IMG/VR virus record: IMGVR_UViG_3300037264_007739
Coordinates: 9,098-73,097 of that record
Length of the DNA stretch: 64,000 nt
Source of the DNA: a virus
Direction: 5' to 3' (one strand)
Shown: one piece after another, positions 9,958-19,550 of the stretch
Position numbering within the stretch: the stretch's first letter is position 1
How the letters are laid out: each line of letters starts with the position of its first letter
The notes under the pieces: model-generated
The model's input: the letters and a program-made list of their open reading frames with translations, nothing else
Databases searched by the model: none
Told to the model about the DNA's origin: nothing
Program-made: the position numbers and the translations under genes

Positions 9958-12900
9958 ATGACGGTCGGACTGCTCGAAGGACTGACGTCCTCCATCGGCG
10001 ATGAGCTCACAGCGCTTTCGGGCTTCCGTTCGACGCGCACGACCGCGCTTGTCGACGTTGAAGATCGAATCCAGACCGACGTCAACAACGCCTCGAGTGT
10101 TGATAGCGGCCTCAACATCACGTTCTCGGCGCCGATCCCCAACACCGGCCCGATCGTGATCGGTCTTCGCTTTCGGATGCTCTCTGATCCGGGGACAAAC
10201 ATTCTTCAGTCCGGCGTCGCGACAGTATCGGGTCTCTCGTCGGGGACGCGCGTCGTTCTTTCGGCAGGATCCTTCGCAGCAAGCGTTCAGCCCGGGCGGA
10301 AATTCAAGATCACAACCGGCCCGCTTTCAGGAAAGACTGCGTTCATCAACAAGCGCGTCTCGAGCGTTGAGATCTTACTCGACGGTACTGGTCTCGGTAG
10401 CGACTTCACGAACGAGAGTTGGGACGTGCTCTTCGATCTTGTGAACCGACACGCCAGGATCGCAGGCATCACATTCGCCGGCCCGAACATCACCGGGCTC
10501 GCACTCACGCATCCACTCGGCGCCAACTTCACGACCCAGAGTTGGGAGGTCGTGCAAGACGCACCGACGACGATCCCTGTCGAAAATACACTCGATTGGG
10601 AGGCTGTCAGCGAGGCGTTTGTCGGGCCGACGCGCTACCGCTACGACTCGAAGACGCTCACGACACTCGACAGCCTTCGTGCTTCGCGCCATCTCGGTCG
10701 TGACGGGCGCATCGTCGCGATCGCCGGAATCCTTATTGCTGACGGCGCGAAGCTCTCCGTCGATGACGGTCAGGGTGACGTCAAGACATTCGAGTTCCAA
10801 AAGACTGCGACCGCATTTCCGGACATTCAGAACATCACGCTCAACATCACTAACCTGATGACCGCGACACAGGTTCGCGACGTGATCATCGACGGCATCG
10901 TGAACCTCGCAGACATGAACCTTCGTGCGTTCCCGGGAACGACAACGGATGCCGTCGAGCTTCGCCACGCCATTCCTGGTGGAACAGGACGCATCGATGT
11001 CACGGATACGGTCACGGATGCGGGTTTCCTCACCGAAGGCCCGCGTGGCATCGAAGCCGTTGTTCAGCCGCTCGAAGAGGTTATCGACTTTAGCCTAAAG
11101 CCGAGCGGCATCGACCAATATAGAAACTCGTTCATCGTCGAGCGCGCTGTCGGTGAAGAGCTCTCGACGCTCGGCCGAAACATCGGCGTCAGCCGCCCGT
11201 CGGCGCTTCAAAACGACGAGATCTTCCGGCGACTCATCGCCGCGATGGCATACGCGCCGCGAGGTACGATTCTGGCGATCGAGCTCGTGCTCGATGCGAT
11301 TCTCGGGCCAGGAAACTGGGAACTTTTCGAGGATCTGACGCTCGGAAGCCTCAACCATCCGTGTGAGATCTTCTTTCGCCGGCGCGACGACAACGAGCTC
11401 AAGAGCGTTGGAAAGGCATTCCTCGACGGTGACGAGAACCGCGCGATGGCGACGGCGTCGACGCTCACGCTCGCTGCTGATCCAACACCTGGACGTGTCG
11501 AGGGCCTGCGTCTTGCTCCAGAAGGTGTCGAACGGCTCATCGCCTTCGGCTCGACGGCGACAGTCGTGCCAGGCGCAAATCAGACGGCAGCCGTCACGGG
11601 GCCTGCGGCGAGCTTTCCGACGGCTGTGAAGCCTGGTGACATCTTCTACGTCACCACCGGGCCGTACAAGGGAACGCAGGGCACGATCCAGGCACGCAAC
11701 AGCGATTTCTCTCTCACACTCGGACCTCTTCGCGGATCCGAGAACATCGTCGTCACGCAGTCATTCACCGAGGTCGGATGGAAGATCGTCCGCCGACGGT
11801 CGAACTTTCGTCACTATCGCCCGAGCGAGGAGTTCTACATCGAGCGATCTGGCGGGCCGTCGACGCAGATCTGGACCGCGCAGGGCACGCTCGCAGCAAG
11901 CGAGGCGACATACGTCACCTTCGTGACGGACACGCAGGGGCAATATCTTCAGATCGTGGACTCTGGTGGTGGTGCTGTTGCAGCCGACACGATGTTCTAC
12001 CAGCACCTCGCGCGCATCGATCGCACGTCGCTCGCGTCGTTCGCCGTGCACATGAACATCGGTGCGTCCGCGGTCTTCCCAGTGGCGGGGGACAACAGCA
12101 AGCAAGCCTCCTTTCAGATCGAGGACGGCGTAAAGCTCATCATGGTCGGCATGACCTGGGACGGCGTTGGTGATGATCGAGACATCGGCTTCATCGATTC
12201 GACAGGCGCGTACATCGGCACGCCGGTGAACGTCGACATCGCCCCTGTCTCGAACGCAACGGTGTGGAAGAACATCGAGATCGTGAAGGTTGCCGACAAG
12301 CAGGCGCTCCTACTCATTGGCGGGCACGTCGTCCAAGCTGTGCCGTACGCCTCACTCTCGGCGTCAGCGAATCGAAGGATCGCCTTCGGGGCGCAGTCGA
12401 CGGGGAACTTCGGAGTGATGGTCCTGAAGGAAGTCGACTGGGGCATTATCACGCCGCGCGACTTCTGGAACGAGCGGCCCGCGAATTTCCAAACGACGGC
12501 GGCAGAGCACGTCACCGATGTGGCAGGCACATTCCGGTCGAGTGACGATGATCTACCGGTCAAGAAGCGCGTGCGCCTCTTCGATTGGAGCGCGCTCAAT
12601 TCTGGCGGCGGCAACGTAAAAGGCGAATGGGAGATCGACACGTACGTGAGCGATGGCGACGTCAGCGTCACTGGGCCTAGGCTGAAGCGCGGATTATTCA
12701 CGTTCGAGGACCCGTTCCGGTTCACGGGGCGCGACAACGAGAACGCGTTCACATGGCCGGATGCTCGTGGGCATTCCGTTCAGATTCTCACCGGGCCGAA
12801 TGCCGGTATCTATCCAATCTCGAAGATCATCGACCCAGTAACGGGACGAGATGTCCAGGAGCCGCCGACCAACCTGAATGGGAACCCAAAGTGGCTTCGT

Positions 12901-13794
12901 GCTATTTCAACTGATCCGACCGACGGAACGTACGGCGTTATCGCTGTGCCGTTTCCGATACCGCCAGGATTTTTGCAACCATTGAACCCGGCCATCCGCG
13001 TCTGGGGCAAGGTCGGCGGTGTTTACGTATTCGACAACTTCACTTTGATTCCTGGTTTTGGGTTGCTCTCCATATCGCCCACGTTCGACGCGGCGTCCAT
13101 CGTCGCGATCGAATGCGTCGACGTCGTAAATCTTGGTGCGGGTGATGGCGTTGGCGGCAATAGAATGCCGACCTTCAGAGGCGACGTCATCGTCTTTGAG
13201 GGGCCGGAGAACACGGCGGTCACCGACCCGAACAACCGAACCGAGGTCATCCGCCTCCCCGCGGGTCAGCGGTCCTATGGAGGCCGAGAGCTCACGCGGC
13301 TGCATGCTGCGGGCTGGACGAGCTCGAACGCGCAGCAGCTCATCCAGCGATCGCATATCGTCGTCCTCGACACCGCAGCCGGCGTCCCCGCACGCCCAAA
13401 TGGCTTCGCGTTCACGGACGTTGAGGCGGATTGGCGTATCGTGCCGAACTTCCCCGTCGACCCGTCAGTGAAGGGCGAGATCGTTGACGCCGGGACCGTT
13501 GCGGGTGCAACGCTCACGCTCAGGAACAATTTGCCAATCACGCCAGTGGGCGAGTATCCGATCATGGCTGCGGCGCGAAGCCTGGTATTGTCGGCGCAGC
13601 TCCTCGACGAGAAAGAATCGAACACGTTGTTGTCTCTGCCGTCTAACTATTCGCACTATCCGTTCTACTTGGCGGACAACTTCGGTTTTGTGCGGACTGT
13701 TGTTGATCTCGTGACAGCAGCTGGTGTCATCCCCGATTTCGATCGACTATTCCGCGATGCGTCAGGCCCTCACCTGATCGGCAGAAATACGTAG
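9958..13794 (+). CDS. Large baseplate wedge / tail protein with internal repeats
   Basis: 1278 aa; gpI/DUF2612-like 'AVGEELSTLGRNIGVSRP...DEIFRRLI...GTILAIE'; beta-rich modules. Confidence 0.65.
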   Translation: MTVGLLEGLTSSIGDELTALSGFRSTRTTALVDVEDRIQTDVNNASSVDSGLNITFSAPIPNTGPIVIGLRFRMLSDPGTNILQSGVATVSGLSSGTRVVLSAGSFAASVQPGRKFKITTGPLSGKTAFINKRVSSVEILLDGTGLGSDFTNESWDVLFDLVNRHARIAGITFAGPNITGLALTHPLGANFTTQSWEVVQDAPTTIPVENTLDWEAVSEAFVGPTRYRYDSKTLTTLDSLRASRHLGRDGRIVAIAGILIADGAKLSVDDGQGDVKTFEFQKTATAFPDIQNITLNITNLMTATQVRDVIIDGIVNLADMNLRAFPGTTTDAVELRHAIPGGTGRIDVTDTVTDAGFLTEGPRGIEAVVQPLEEVIDFSLKPSGIDQYRNSFIVERAVGEELSTLGRNIGVSRPSALQNDEIFRRLIAAMAYAPRGTILAIELVLDAILGPGNWELFEDLTLGSLNHPCEIFFRRRDDNELKSVGKAFLDGDENRAMATASTLTLAADPTPGRVEGLRLAPEGVERLIAFGSTATVVPGANQTAAVTGPAASFPTAVKPGDIFYVTTGPYKGTQGTIQARNSDFSLTLGPLRGSENIVVTQSFTEVGWKIVRRRSNFRHYRPSEEFYIERSGGPSTQIWTAQGTLAASEATYVTFVTDTQGQYLQIVDSGGGAVAADTMFYQHLARIDRTSLASFAVHMNIGASAVFPVAGDNSKQASFQIEDGVKLIMVGMTWDGVGDDRDIGFIDSTGAYIGTPVNVDIAPVSNATVWKNIEIVKVADKQALLLIGGHVVQAVPYASLSASANRRIAFGAQSTGNFGVMVLKEVDWGIITPRDFWNERPANFQTTAAEHVTDVAGTFRSSDDDLPVKKRVRLFDWSALNSGGGNVKGEWEIDTYVSDGDVSVTGPRLKRGLFTFEDPFRFTGRDNENAFTWPDARGHSVQILTGPNAGIYPISKIIDPVTGRDVQEPPTNLNGNPKWLRAISTDPTDGTYGVIAVPFPIPPGFLQPLNPAIRVWGKVGGVYVFDNFTLIPGFGLLSISPTFDAASIVAIECVDVVNLGAGDGVGGNRMPTFRGDVIVFEGPENTAVTDPNNRTEVIRLPAGQRSYGGRELTRLHAAGWTSSNAQQLIQRSHIVVLDTAAGVPARPNGFAFTDVEADWRIVPNFPVDPSVKGEIVDAGTVAGATLTLRNNLPITPVGEYPIMAAARSLVLSAQLLDEKESNTLLSLPSNYSHYPFYLADNFGFVRTVVDLVTAAGVIPDFDRLFRDASGPHLIGRNT

Positions 13795-13804
13795 GAGAGC
13801 AATC

Positions 13805-15682
13805 ATGTCAGGCAAGCAGCTACTCAGAACGGAAGTTGGCGAACGCGTCGATCACCCTGACTTTGAGTTCCTCTCCGAGATCAGTCACCGAGACGCCGTC
13901 AATCAGATTATGGAGGCGCTCGTCGTCGGCACCGACGACGTCCTCGACACCGCAGCGAATACGCATCCGAAGTTCTTCGTGCTCGGTGGCTTTCGCATGT
14001 CCGTGCCGAGCGGCGCCAATGTTCTTGTCGAAAAGGACGTGCCGAGCGGAACGTCGATTCAGCCTGGTGCTGCGATCATGGCCTTCCGTGATCGTGGCGC
14101 AGCCAAGTTCGGCGTCATCCTCTCTGGTGGTGACGCCTCTCGATTAATCGACATCACGACCTTCCCCAATGGGCTGTACGGAATCTTCGTCCGATTCGCG
14201 TTCAAGGACGATGTCGTGCAGAGCCGCCTCGTCTGGAACCCAATCACGCCGACGCCTGTCGAGACGCCACGTAGCATGCCGACGCGCAAGAGCGAGAACT
14301 GGGAGATCGCGATCGAGCTCGTGCAGCCTGGTCCAGAGTGGATGCGCATCGGCTCCGTTGACCGCGCGACGATGGTCATCACCGATGAGCGGAATTTTCT
14401 CTTCGAGGGGCGCGCGGCGAACAGCTACGCCGCAGTCGATGAGGAATGGGGCACAGCAGTCGATCGCAACAGTGACCGCGCCCTCCACGGCGCGTCCTCG
14501 ATTTACAAAGCCATCCGCGGGCTCCAGCGCCAGGTGCAAGACATCATCGGCGAGACCAGCCCGAATGGGTGGTGGCGGTCGATCGAGAGAAGCCTGAAGG
14601 TCGCTCTTGTGCGGGATGGTTCGCGCACGATGCAAGGTAACTTACATCCAGACGCGACGAACACGCGAAATCTCGGTGGCGCGCTCGCGGCTTGGGCGCA
14701 GATCTTCGTTGGCAAAATTTCACTTGGTTCGTTTTTGCTTGGTTCGGACGCCGATGCCGATCAACCGCGTGTCAGTGCCGCTTATTCTGGTGCGGCCGGG
14801 CGCGAAAAAACGCTCATGCTTTACTCAGATCGAGACGCGTCTTCAGCGTGGCCGCTCGCGATTTATCGCGCCCAAGTCGGTCTCTTCGGAGGGGCTGACG
14901 CGATTCAATTCGTTTGGAACGCGCTCTACGCCAACGCGACCAATCTTTGGACACAGACGAACGCCGGCAATAGTCCATTGCTCATTGAGTTCGGCCGTCA
15001 CGGATTCGCAGTTTTCCGCAAGGACCCAGAGGTCGGCGCCGGTGGAACATTCACCGATATAGTTGGTCCTGCTGGATGGTCTGAGCGCGGAGCCCGATTT
15101 TTGTTCAACGGCACAACGGCGTTTTTCCACGAGCTCATAGCACCTGTACTGCGCGCCAGGGCCGGTGTCATCCACGTCGACGATGACGAGGACGACGCGC
15201 CGGCAGATCGATCTACGATAAATCTAAACGGACTTGCAGCATCGACGGCGAAGCGACACGCAATTCTCTCGAACTATGTTGCCAACACGCTCGAGCTACG
15301 CGGCGGGCTCAACGGTGATCAGGCGATCAAGATGTCCGGCCTAGGCGTCCAGCTCGCGCGAAATTGCATCGGCCAGAATGGCTTGTACGAAGAGTTCGGC
15401 CTCATCTCCGGAACGGTGACAGCGGGGTCTATCCCCGCTGGTGGCTTCACGACTATCACGCTGACGACGGCGACCTCGCCGGCGATCAACATCGGTGATC
15501 ACCTAGTTTACATTCTGCCGGATACTCAGACGGCCTTCGACAGCCTCTTCAATGTGCAAGCCAGCGTGAGTGGGGTGAACACGATCACGGTGTATCTTGG
15601 GAACTTCTCAAGCGTGGCCAAGCCCGCCGCCAATCGAATATACAATTTTGACGTTCTCGTTCTTCGACGGGTGACAGGGTGA
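13805..15682 (+). CDS. Tail fiber / receptor-binding protein
   Basis: Last gene of the tail operon; 'RDGSRTMQGNLHPDATNTRNLG...WAQIF' fiber-type repeat. Confidence 0.6.
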   Translation: MSGKQLLRTEVGERVDHPDFEFLSEISHRDAVNQIMEALVVGTDDVLDTAANTHPKFFVLGGFRMSVPSGANVLVEKDVPSGTSIQPGAAIMAFRDRGAAKFGVILSGGDASRLIDITTFPNGLYGIFVRFAFKDDVVQSRLVWNPITPTPVETPRSMPTRKSENWEIAIELVQPGPEWMRIGSVDRATMVITDERNFLFEGRAANSYAAVDEEWGTAVDRNSDRALHGASSIYKAIRGLQRQVQDIIGETSPNGWWRSIERSLKVALVRDGSRTMQGNLHPDATNTRNLGGALAAWAQIFVGKISLGSFLLGSDADADQPRVSAAYSGAAGREKTLMLYSDRDASSAWPLAIYRAQVGLFGGADAIQFVWNALYANATNLWTQTNAGNSPLLIEFGRHGFAVFRKDPEVGAGGTFTDIVGPAGWSERGARFLFNGTTAFFHELIAPVLRARAGVIHVDDDEDDAPADRSTINLNGLAASTAKRHAILSNYVANTLELRGGLNGDQAIKMSGLGVQLARNCIGQNGLYEEFGLISGTVTAGSIPAGGFTTITLTTATSPAINIGDHLVYILPDTQTAFDSLFNVQASVSGVNTITVYLGNFSSVAKPAANRIYNFDVLVLRRVTG

Positions 15683-15724
15683 CCATGTAACATGATGAGA
15701 TGGATGACATAAAGGATATAATTT

Positions 15725-16087
15725 ATGGAAGGCTTCGATTTCGGTCCATTGGTAGAGCAGCTCGTCACATGGCAGAACGGGCTCATCGTCGTCGCGTGCG
15801 GCGCGGCGATGGAGGCGTTCAAGCGCGGTCCTGGGACGCGCAAGATCGCCGAGAGCCGATGGGGCCAGGTGCTCGCGTACTACGCGCCTGTCGCGTGGGC
15901 GTGGCTCGCGCTCTTTCTACCGATCGGGCTCGCGCGTGACGGCGCCGGCGTCGGCGAAAGACTCTTGCTCGGCGTCGTGCTCGGGACAGTCACCGACTCG
16001 GCCTACGATTGGACGGTGAAGGCGCTCAGGAAGTTCCTCGGCGCGGGCGTGGCTGAGAAGTCGTCGTCGCTGTCGCTGCCGAAGTGA
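15725..16087 (+). CDS. Holin-like membrane protein
   Basis: 120 aa with about 3 hydrophobic segments, directly after the tail fiber. Confidence 0.55.
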   Translation: MEGFDFGPLVEQLVTWQNGLIVVACGAAMEAFKRGPGTRKIAESRWGQVLAYYAPVAWAWLALFLPIGLARDGAGVGERLLLGVVLGTVTDSAYDWTVKALRKFLGAGVAEKSSSLSLPK

Positions 16088-16090
16088 GCC

Positions 16091-16444
16091 ATGGTCGTCC
16101 TATCGTTTCTGAAAAGGTACACATGGCTCGTCCTCTTTGCGATTGCAGTCGTGCTCGCAACGATCATCGCTGTCCTGTCGCGACGGAAACCAACTGACGG
16201 CCTCACAAGAGGGGCGGTGATCAAGGCCGAGCTCGCCGGCATTCGCGCCGAGGGCGAGCTCGAACGCCGGCTCGCCGCGAAGGGGGCGGAGGCCGCGAAG
16301 GCAGAGGTGGAGCGCGCCTATGAATCCGAGAAGCACGCGATGGCCGAGAGCGAGCGGAAGGAAGCCGAGGAGCTCAAGGCCGACCCGGTCAAACTCGCTG
16401 GTTTTCTTGCTAGGGCTGGCGCTCGCCGTCGCCATCGCTCCTGA
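16091..16444 (+). CDS. i-spanin (Rz)-like protein
   Basis: N-terminal TM followed by a charged coiled coil. Confidence 0.45.
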   Translation: MVVLSFLKRYTWLVLFAIAVVLATIIAVLSRRKPTDGLTRGAVIKAELAGIRAEGELERRLAAKGAEAAKAEVERAYESEKHAMAESERKEAEELKADPVKLAGFLARAGARRRHRS

Positions 16445-16874
16445 GCTCGCGCTCGCGGAATGCGACCCCAACGACCCGACGGCGTGCTCGACGCCGATCA
16501 ACAAGGGCCAGGCGGCGCCGTACAGCGGCCAGCTCCTCACACCTGTCCTTGCGATCAGGCTCGGTCAGGACGCCGAGCACTGCGACGACCGCCTCGATCT
16601 CGAGCTCGCTCATACGAGCTCGCTGGCGCGCATCAGGCTCGACTACGAGAAAGCGCTCCGGGTGGTCGACGTTCGGCAGCTCACCCGCGAGCGTGACGCC
16701 TACGAACGCGACAGGGACTTCTGGAAGGGCGAGGCGGGCCGCAAGGTCGAGCCACCTCATTGGACAGCTAGCCCGTACTTCGTCGTCCCTGTGGCCGTGC
16801 TCGCGACGCTGGGCGCGGTGTGGCTCGGCATCGAGGTCGTGAAGGCACGAGAGAAAGTTACGACCGTGCCTTGA
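16320..16874 (+). CDS. Overlapping exported protein, possible spanin partner
   Basis: Overlaps the previous gene in another frame; signal-like hydrophobic stretch, Cys residues, coiled coil, C-terminal TM. Confidence 0.45.
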   Translation: MNPRSTRWPRASGRKPRSSRPTRSNSLVFLLGLALAVAIAPELALAECDPNDPTACSTPINKGQAAPYSGQLLTPVLAIRLGQDAEHCDDRLDLELAHTSSLARIRLDYEKALRVVDVRQLTRERDAYERDRDFWKGEAGRKVEPPHWTASPYFVVPVAVLATLGAVWLGIEVVKAREKVTTVP

Positions 16875-16899
16875 CACCGTGCTCGAGCAGCGTTATGAC
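16871..16899 (+). promoter_or_regulatory. Sigma70-type promoter driving the non-coding region
   Basis: TTGACA (16871) - 17 nt - TATGAC (16894). Confidence 0.7.
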
Positions 16900-16903
16900 C
16901 CCG

Positions 16904-17197
16904 CCCGCACGTAGGAACACCCAACGTGATTCCGTAGTGGCCGAAAGGCCCTCGCAGCCTGGCTGATCACTGGGCGAAGCGGTAAGCGGCGTCTGAACTG
17001 AGGAAGCGGCGCACGGCGCACGAACTCGGAAGGTGTTGGGCGCGGGACGGCGCTCGGGGCAACGTGGCTCGTCGCAGCGCAAGCTGCCAAACGAGCAGGC
17101 GAGCTCCAAGACAAGGATGTGCCGCGCGGCGACCTTGCCTCGACCCAACCTTTGAAAGCCTCGGCCCCGAAAGGGTGTCCGGGGCTTTTGATTTTTT
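16904..17197 (+). ncRNA. Putative structured non-coding RNA (about 290 nt)
   Basis: Own promoter and terminator, nested long-range helices, GAAA/GCAA tetraloop hairpins, no credible ORF. Confidence 0.65.
17155..17197. terminator. Intrinsic terminator, probably bidirectional
   Basis: AAAGCCTCGG..CCC-GAAA-GGG..CCGGGGCTTT followed by TGATTTTTT, between convergent units. Confidence 0.8.
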
Positions 17198-17210
17198 GGG
17201 ACTCTCAGTT

Positions 17211-17849
17211 CTACCCAGCCCTCGCGGCAGCGAGAATCCGGTCCCACGCGAACGCTGGCCCGGGGTCGGTCTTGCGCGTCGGGTCCACGTTCTCGTGGCC
17301 GGTGAATCGGCCGTCGGGCGGGCCGGACACTACACCGGCGTCTCGGAGCTGCGGGAACACGGCGACGAGCGTCTTCGTGAGCGCCTCGAGCGTCACGAGC
17401 TGTTCCTCGGCGTACGCGTCCCATTGATCGCCGTTCGGCATGACGATCGCGTTCCCCTTGTGCTCGACGCCCTTGTACGTGATGAGCTTGTCGCCCTTGA
17501 GCGCGAGCTTGCCCCAGTTCTCGATCTCGATGCCGATCGATCGGTTGTTCACCTGGCCCTTCGTGCGCCACTTCGAGGTCTGCCCGCCCGCGTGCCACGT
17601 GCGATCGGTGAGCGGCGCGAGCTGCCACGGCTCGCCGTTCTTCTTGATGATGAAGTGCGCCGACGCCGAGGAATCCTTCGAGGTGAGCCATCGGAGCGAG
17701 CCATCGAAGCCGCCTGCGGTGTAGTGGTAGACGACGAGCTCGATGGGCTGAATGCGGCTGGCCTGAAACGCCTTCGAGTAACGGTTCGGTGTCAGGCGTC
17801 GAAACGCCTCGGGCACCACCCATCCATCATTTGTCGGCGCGATGATCAC
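17211..17849 (-). CDS. N-acetylmuramoyl-L-alanine amidase (Amidase_2, probable endolysin)
   Basis: 'VVYHYTA', 'SAHF', 'WHAG', 'NNRSIGIE', 'GHENV...RKTDPGPAF.W'. Confidence 0.92.
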   Translation of the reverse strand: MIIAPTNDGWVVPEAFRRLTPNRYSKAFQASRIQPIELVVYHYTAGGFDGSLRWLTSKDSSASAHFIIKKNGEPWQLAPLTDRTWHAGGQTSKWRTKGQVNNRSIGIEIENWGKLALKGDKLITYKGVEHKGNAIVMPNGDQWDAYAEEQLVTLEALTKTLVAVFPQLRDAGVVSGPPDGRFTGHENVDPTRKTDPGPAFAWDRILAAARAG

Positions 17850-18682
17850 GACGTCTCTTCGTCCTCGTCGTCCTCGAAGACCGCTCTGTCATCTTCGATG
17901 GGCTCCTCGCCGTCAATGGGCTCCGCACCCGTCCCGATAGAAAGGACGCGCTCCGAGGCTGGTGCTGGCGGGGTGACATATCGCCCTTCGATTATGACTG
18001 GTGCCGGCCCTGGTGTGCCTGGCGGTGTGACCGGCGCCGGCGCGCCCAGGGTCGGGACCGTCGAGTCGAGCTGTGAGCCTTCGATGGGCATACGCAGTGC
18101 GCCGGCGATCGTCAGACGCATGCTGTCGCGCCGGTGGCGAAGGATCTCCTTGGCAGCAAGCTGGAGCTCCTCGGATGAGGCACCGACATCCTCGGGGCGG
18201 AGCTGCTTTTGCTCGCCCTGGCCGGGCATGAGCTCAGCACCGACCGCCGTGGCGATACGGTCCCTGTGCTCTGTGGCCTCGAGCAGGATCTTGGCAACGC
18301 CCTCCCAGCTCTTGGGCATCACCATCTCGTCGGTGAGCTTCTCGAGCGCGAGCGACCGAATCGTCTCGAGATCGGCGAGGTCGCGCTGGCGAAGGCGACA
18401 GAGCTCGGTCCCGAGGCGCTCCTTGGCCCGGCTCTTCCACGCCGAGAAGAAGGCCGATCGCCGCTCGACCCATTGATCCTCTTTGGACCAGCGCTCGAGC
18501 GTCTTCTGGGTGACCTTCGCGAAGCGCGGGTCCTTCGACATCTCCTCGAGCGTCGGCGTCTCGTGGGTCATGTAGTAGATGCCGGCCTCGGCCCGCAGGC
18601 GTGGGTCGCCGCGAGCAGGTCCCTCGAGCTTAGTCGTCGGGGCCAGCGGCAAGGAGGTCTCGGTAGCGTTCGGCGCGCTCAT
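17846..18682 (-). CDS. HTH protein, possible terminase small subunit
   Basis: 'TLEEMS...VTQKTLERWSKEDQWVERR' HTH followed by helical region, as in TerS-like proteins. Confidence 0.45.
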   Translation of the reverse strand: MSAPNATETSLPLAPTTKLEGPARGDPRLRAEAGIYYMTHETPTLEEMSKDPRFAKVTQKTLERWSKEDQWVERRSAFFSAWKSRAKERLGTELCRLRQRDLADLETIRSLALEKLTDEMVMPKSWEGVAKILLEATEHRDRIATAVGAELMPGQGEQKQLRPEDVGASSEELQLAAKEILRHRRDSMRLTIAGALRMPIEGSQLDSTVPTLGAPAPVTPPGTPGPAPVIIEGRYVTPPAPASERVLSIGTGAEPIDGEEPIEDDRAVFEDDEDEETS

Positions 18683-18875
18683 CCTCAGTCAACGATAGCA
18701 AAGTACGAGCTGCCTGGACATCCACTTTGCGGGCGTAGAAAACCAGGCGCCCTTTGCACGGTACGAGCTGCTTGGGCGCCCCGATCTCGGAGAGCGCCCG
18801 AAGCATGTTCATGTCATCTACAATGTCGCACTCGCTCGGGTCGAGCTCGTGCGGCCCGATCCGGATGCGCCGCAT
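18630..18875 (-). CDS. Hypothetical protein
   Basis: AAGGGAG RBS then ATG (MRRIRIG...). Confidence 0.45.
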   Translation of the reverse strand: MRRIRIGPHELDPSECDIVDDMNMLRALSEIGAPKQLVPCKGRLVFYARKVDVQAARTLLSLTEDERAERYRDLLAAGPDD

Positions 18876-18888
18876 GACATCTCCCTTC

Positions 18889-19128
18889 TTACATGAAGCC
18901 TCGGTGCTTCCTCGTTCGCCCAAGGACTGCACCGTCAACCTTCTGGCCATTCCCCATGATCGCGCCGACCTTCCATTGCGCGTCGGCGCGCAAGACCTGA
19001 CCGGAGGGAATTTCGACCCGGGCGTGCTCGACGCCGCACGCGCACGTCTGCTGGTCGCGCTCGGCCATCGAGACGAGGCGGTTCTCCTCGAGCCCGCAGT
19101 TCGGGCACCTGTACTCGTACATGGGCAT
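18889..19128 (-). CDS. FmdB-family zinc-ribbon protein
   Basis: 'MPMYEYRCPNCG...TCACG'. Confidence 0.8.
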   Translation of the reverse strand: MPMYEYRCPNCGLEENRLVSMAERDQQTCACGVEHARVEIPSGQVLRADAQWKVGAIMGNGQKVDGAVLGRTRKHRGFM

Positions 19129-19550
19129 CAGGTTCCTCCAACGTTCTTGAACACGACGTTCCTCTTCGGTGTGTAAAGCACGGGCGCGCCGTAGAGCAAC
19201 TGCGCCCAGCGAAGGCTCGGGTCGACGATCCCTTCCTCTTCGAGGACCAGGATCCCCATCGTCATCGCCGCTTTCTGTTGCTCCTTCGTCATCACGGTGT
19301 CGTAGCCGAGCGCCTTGATCCCGCGGTCGAGCGCCTTCATCCGGTACTCGAGGTTCTCGCGAGCGCGCTGCTCAGCGACGCGCTTCTCGATGTCGATTAC
19401 CTCGCAGTCGGCGCAGCGTGCGCACCGATTGTTGTACTCGTCCGGGGTGATCGCCCAGACTCGCTTGCACGAGCCGCACCTGAACGATGCGCCCTTGCCG
19501 GGCGTCCATTCGTAGAGGCCGTTCGCCGCTCGTTCGCTTGAATGGCTCAT
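19128..19550 (-). CDS. Zn-finger hypothetical protein
   Basis: CGSC...CARCADC; start MSHSS with overlap junction. Confidence 0.55.
   Translation of the reverse strand: MSHSSERAANGLYEWTPGKGASFRCGSCKRVWAITPDEYNNRCARCADCEVIDIEKRVAEQRARENLEYRMKALDRGIKALGYDTVMTKEQQKAAMTMGILVLEEEGIVDPSLRWAQLLYGAPVLYTPKRNVVFKNVGGT

Noticed and set aside
13805-15682. Diversity-generating retroelement or invertible tail-fiber cassette
   Set aside because: No reverse transcriptase, template repeat or flanking inverted repeats seen
16998-17026. CTGAGGA resembling a hammerhead CUGANGA core
   Set aside because: The following stem is weak and ends in GAAC rather than GAAA; no consistent stems I and III found
16900-17200. 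tRNA, tmRNA, RNase P, SRP or c-di-GMP riboswitch identity for the ncRNA
   Set aside because: No T-loop/CCA end, no GAGGAAAGUCC, no SRP loop or GEMM consensus visible
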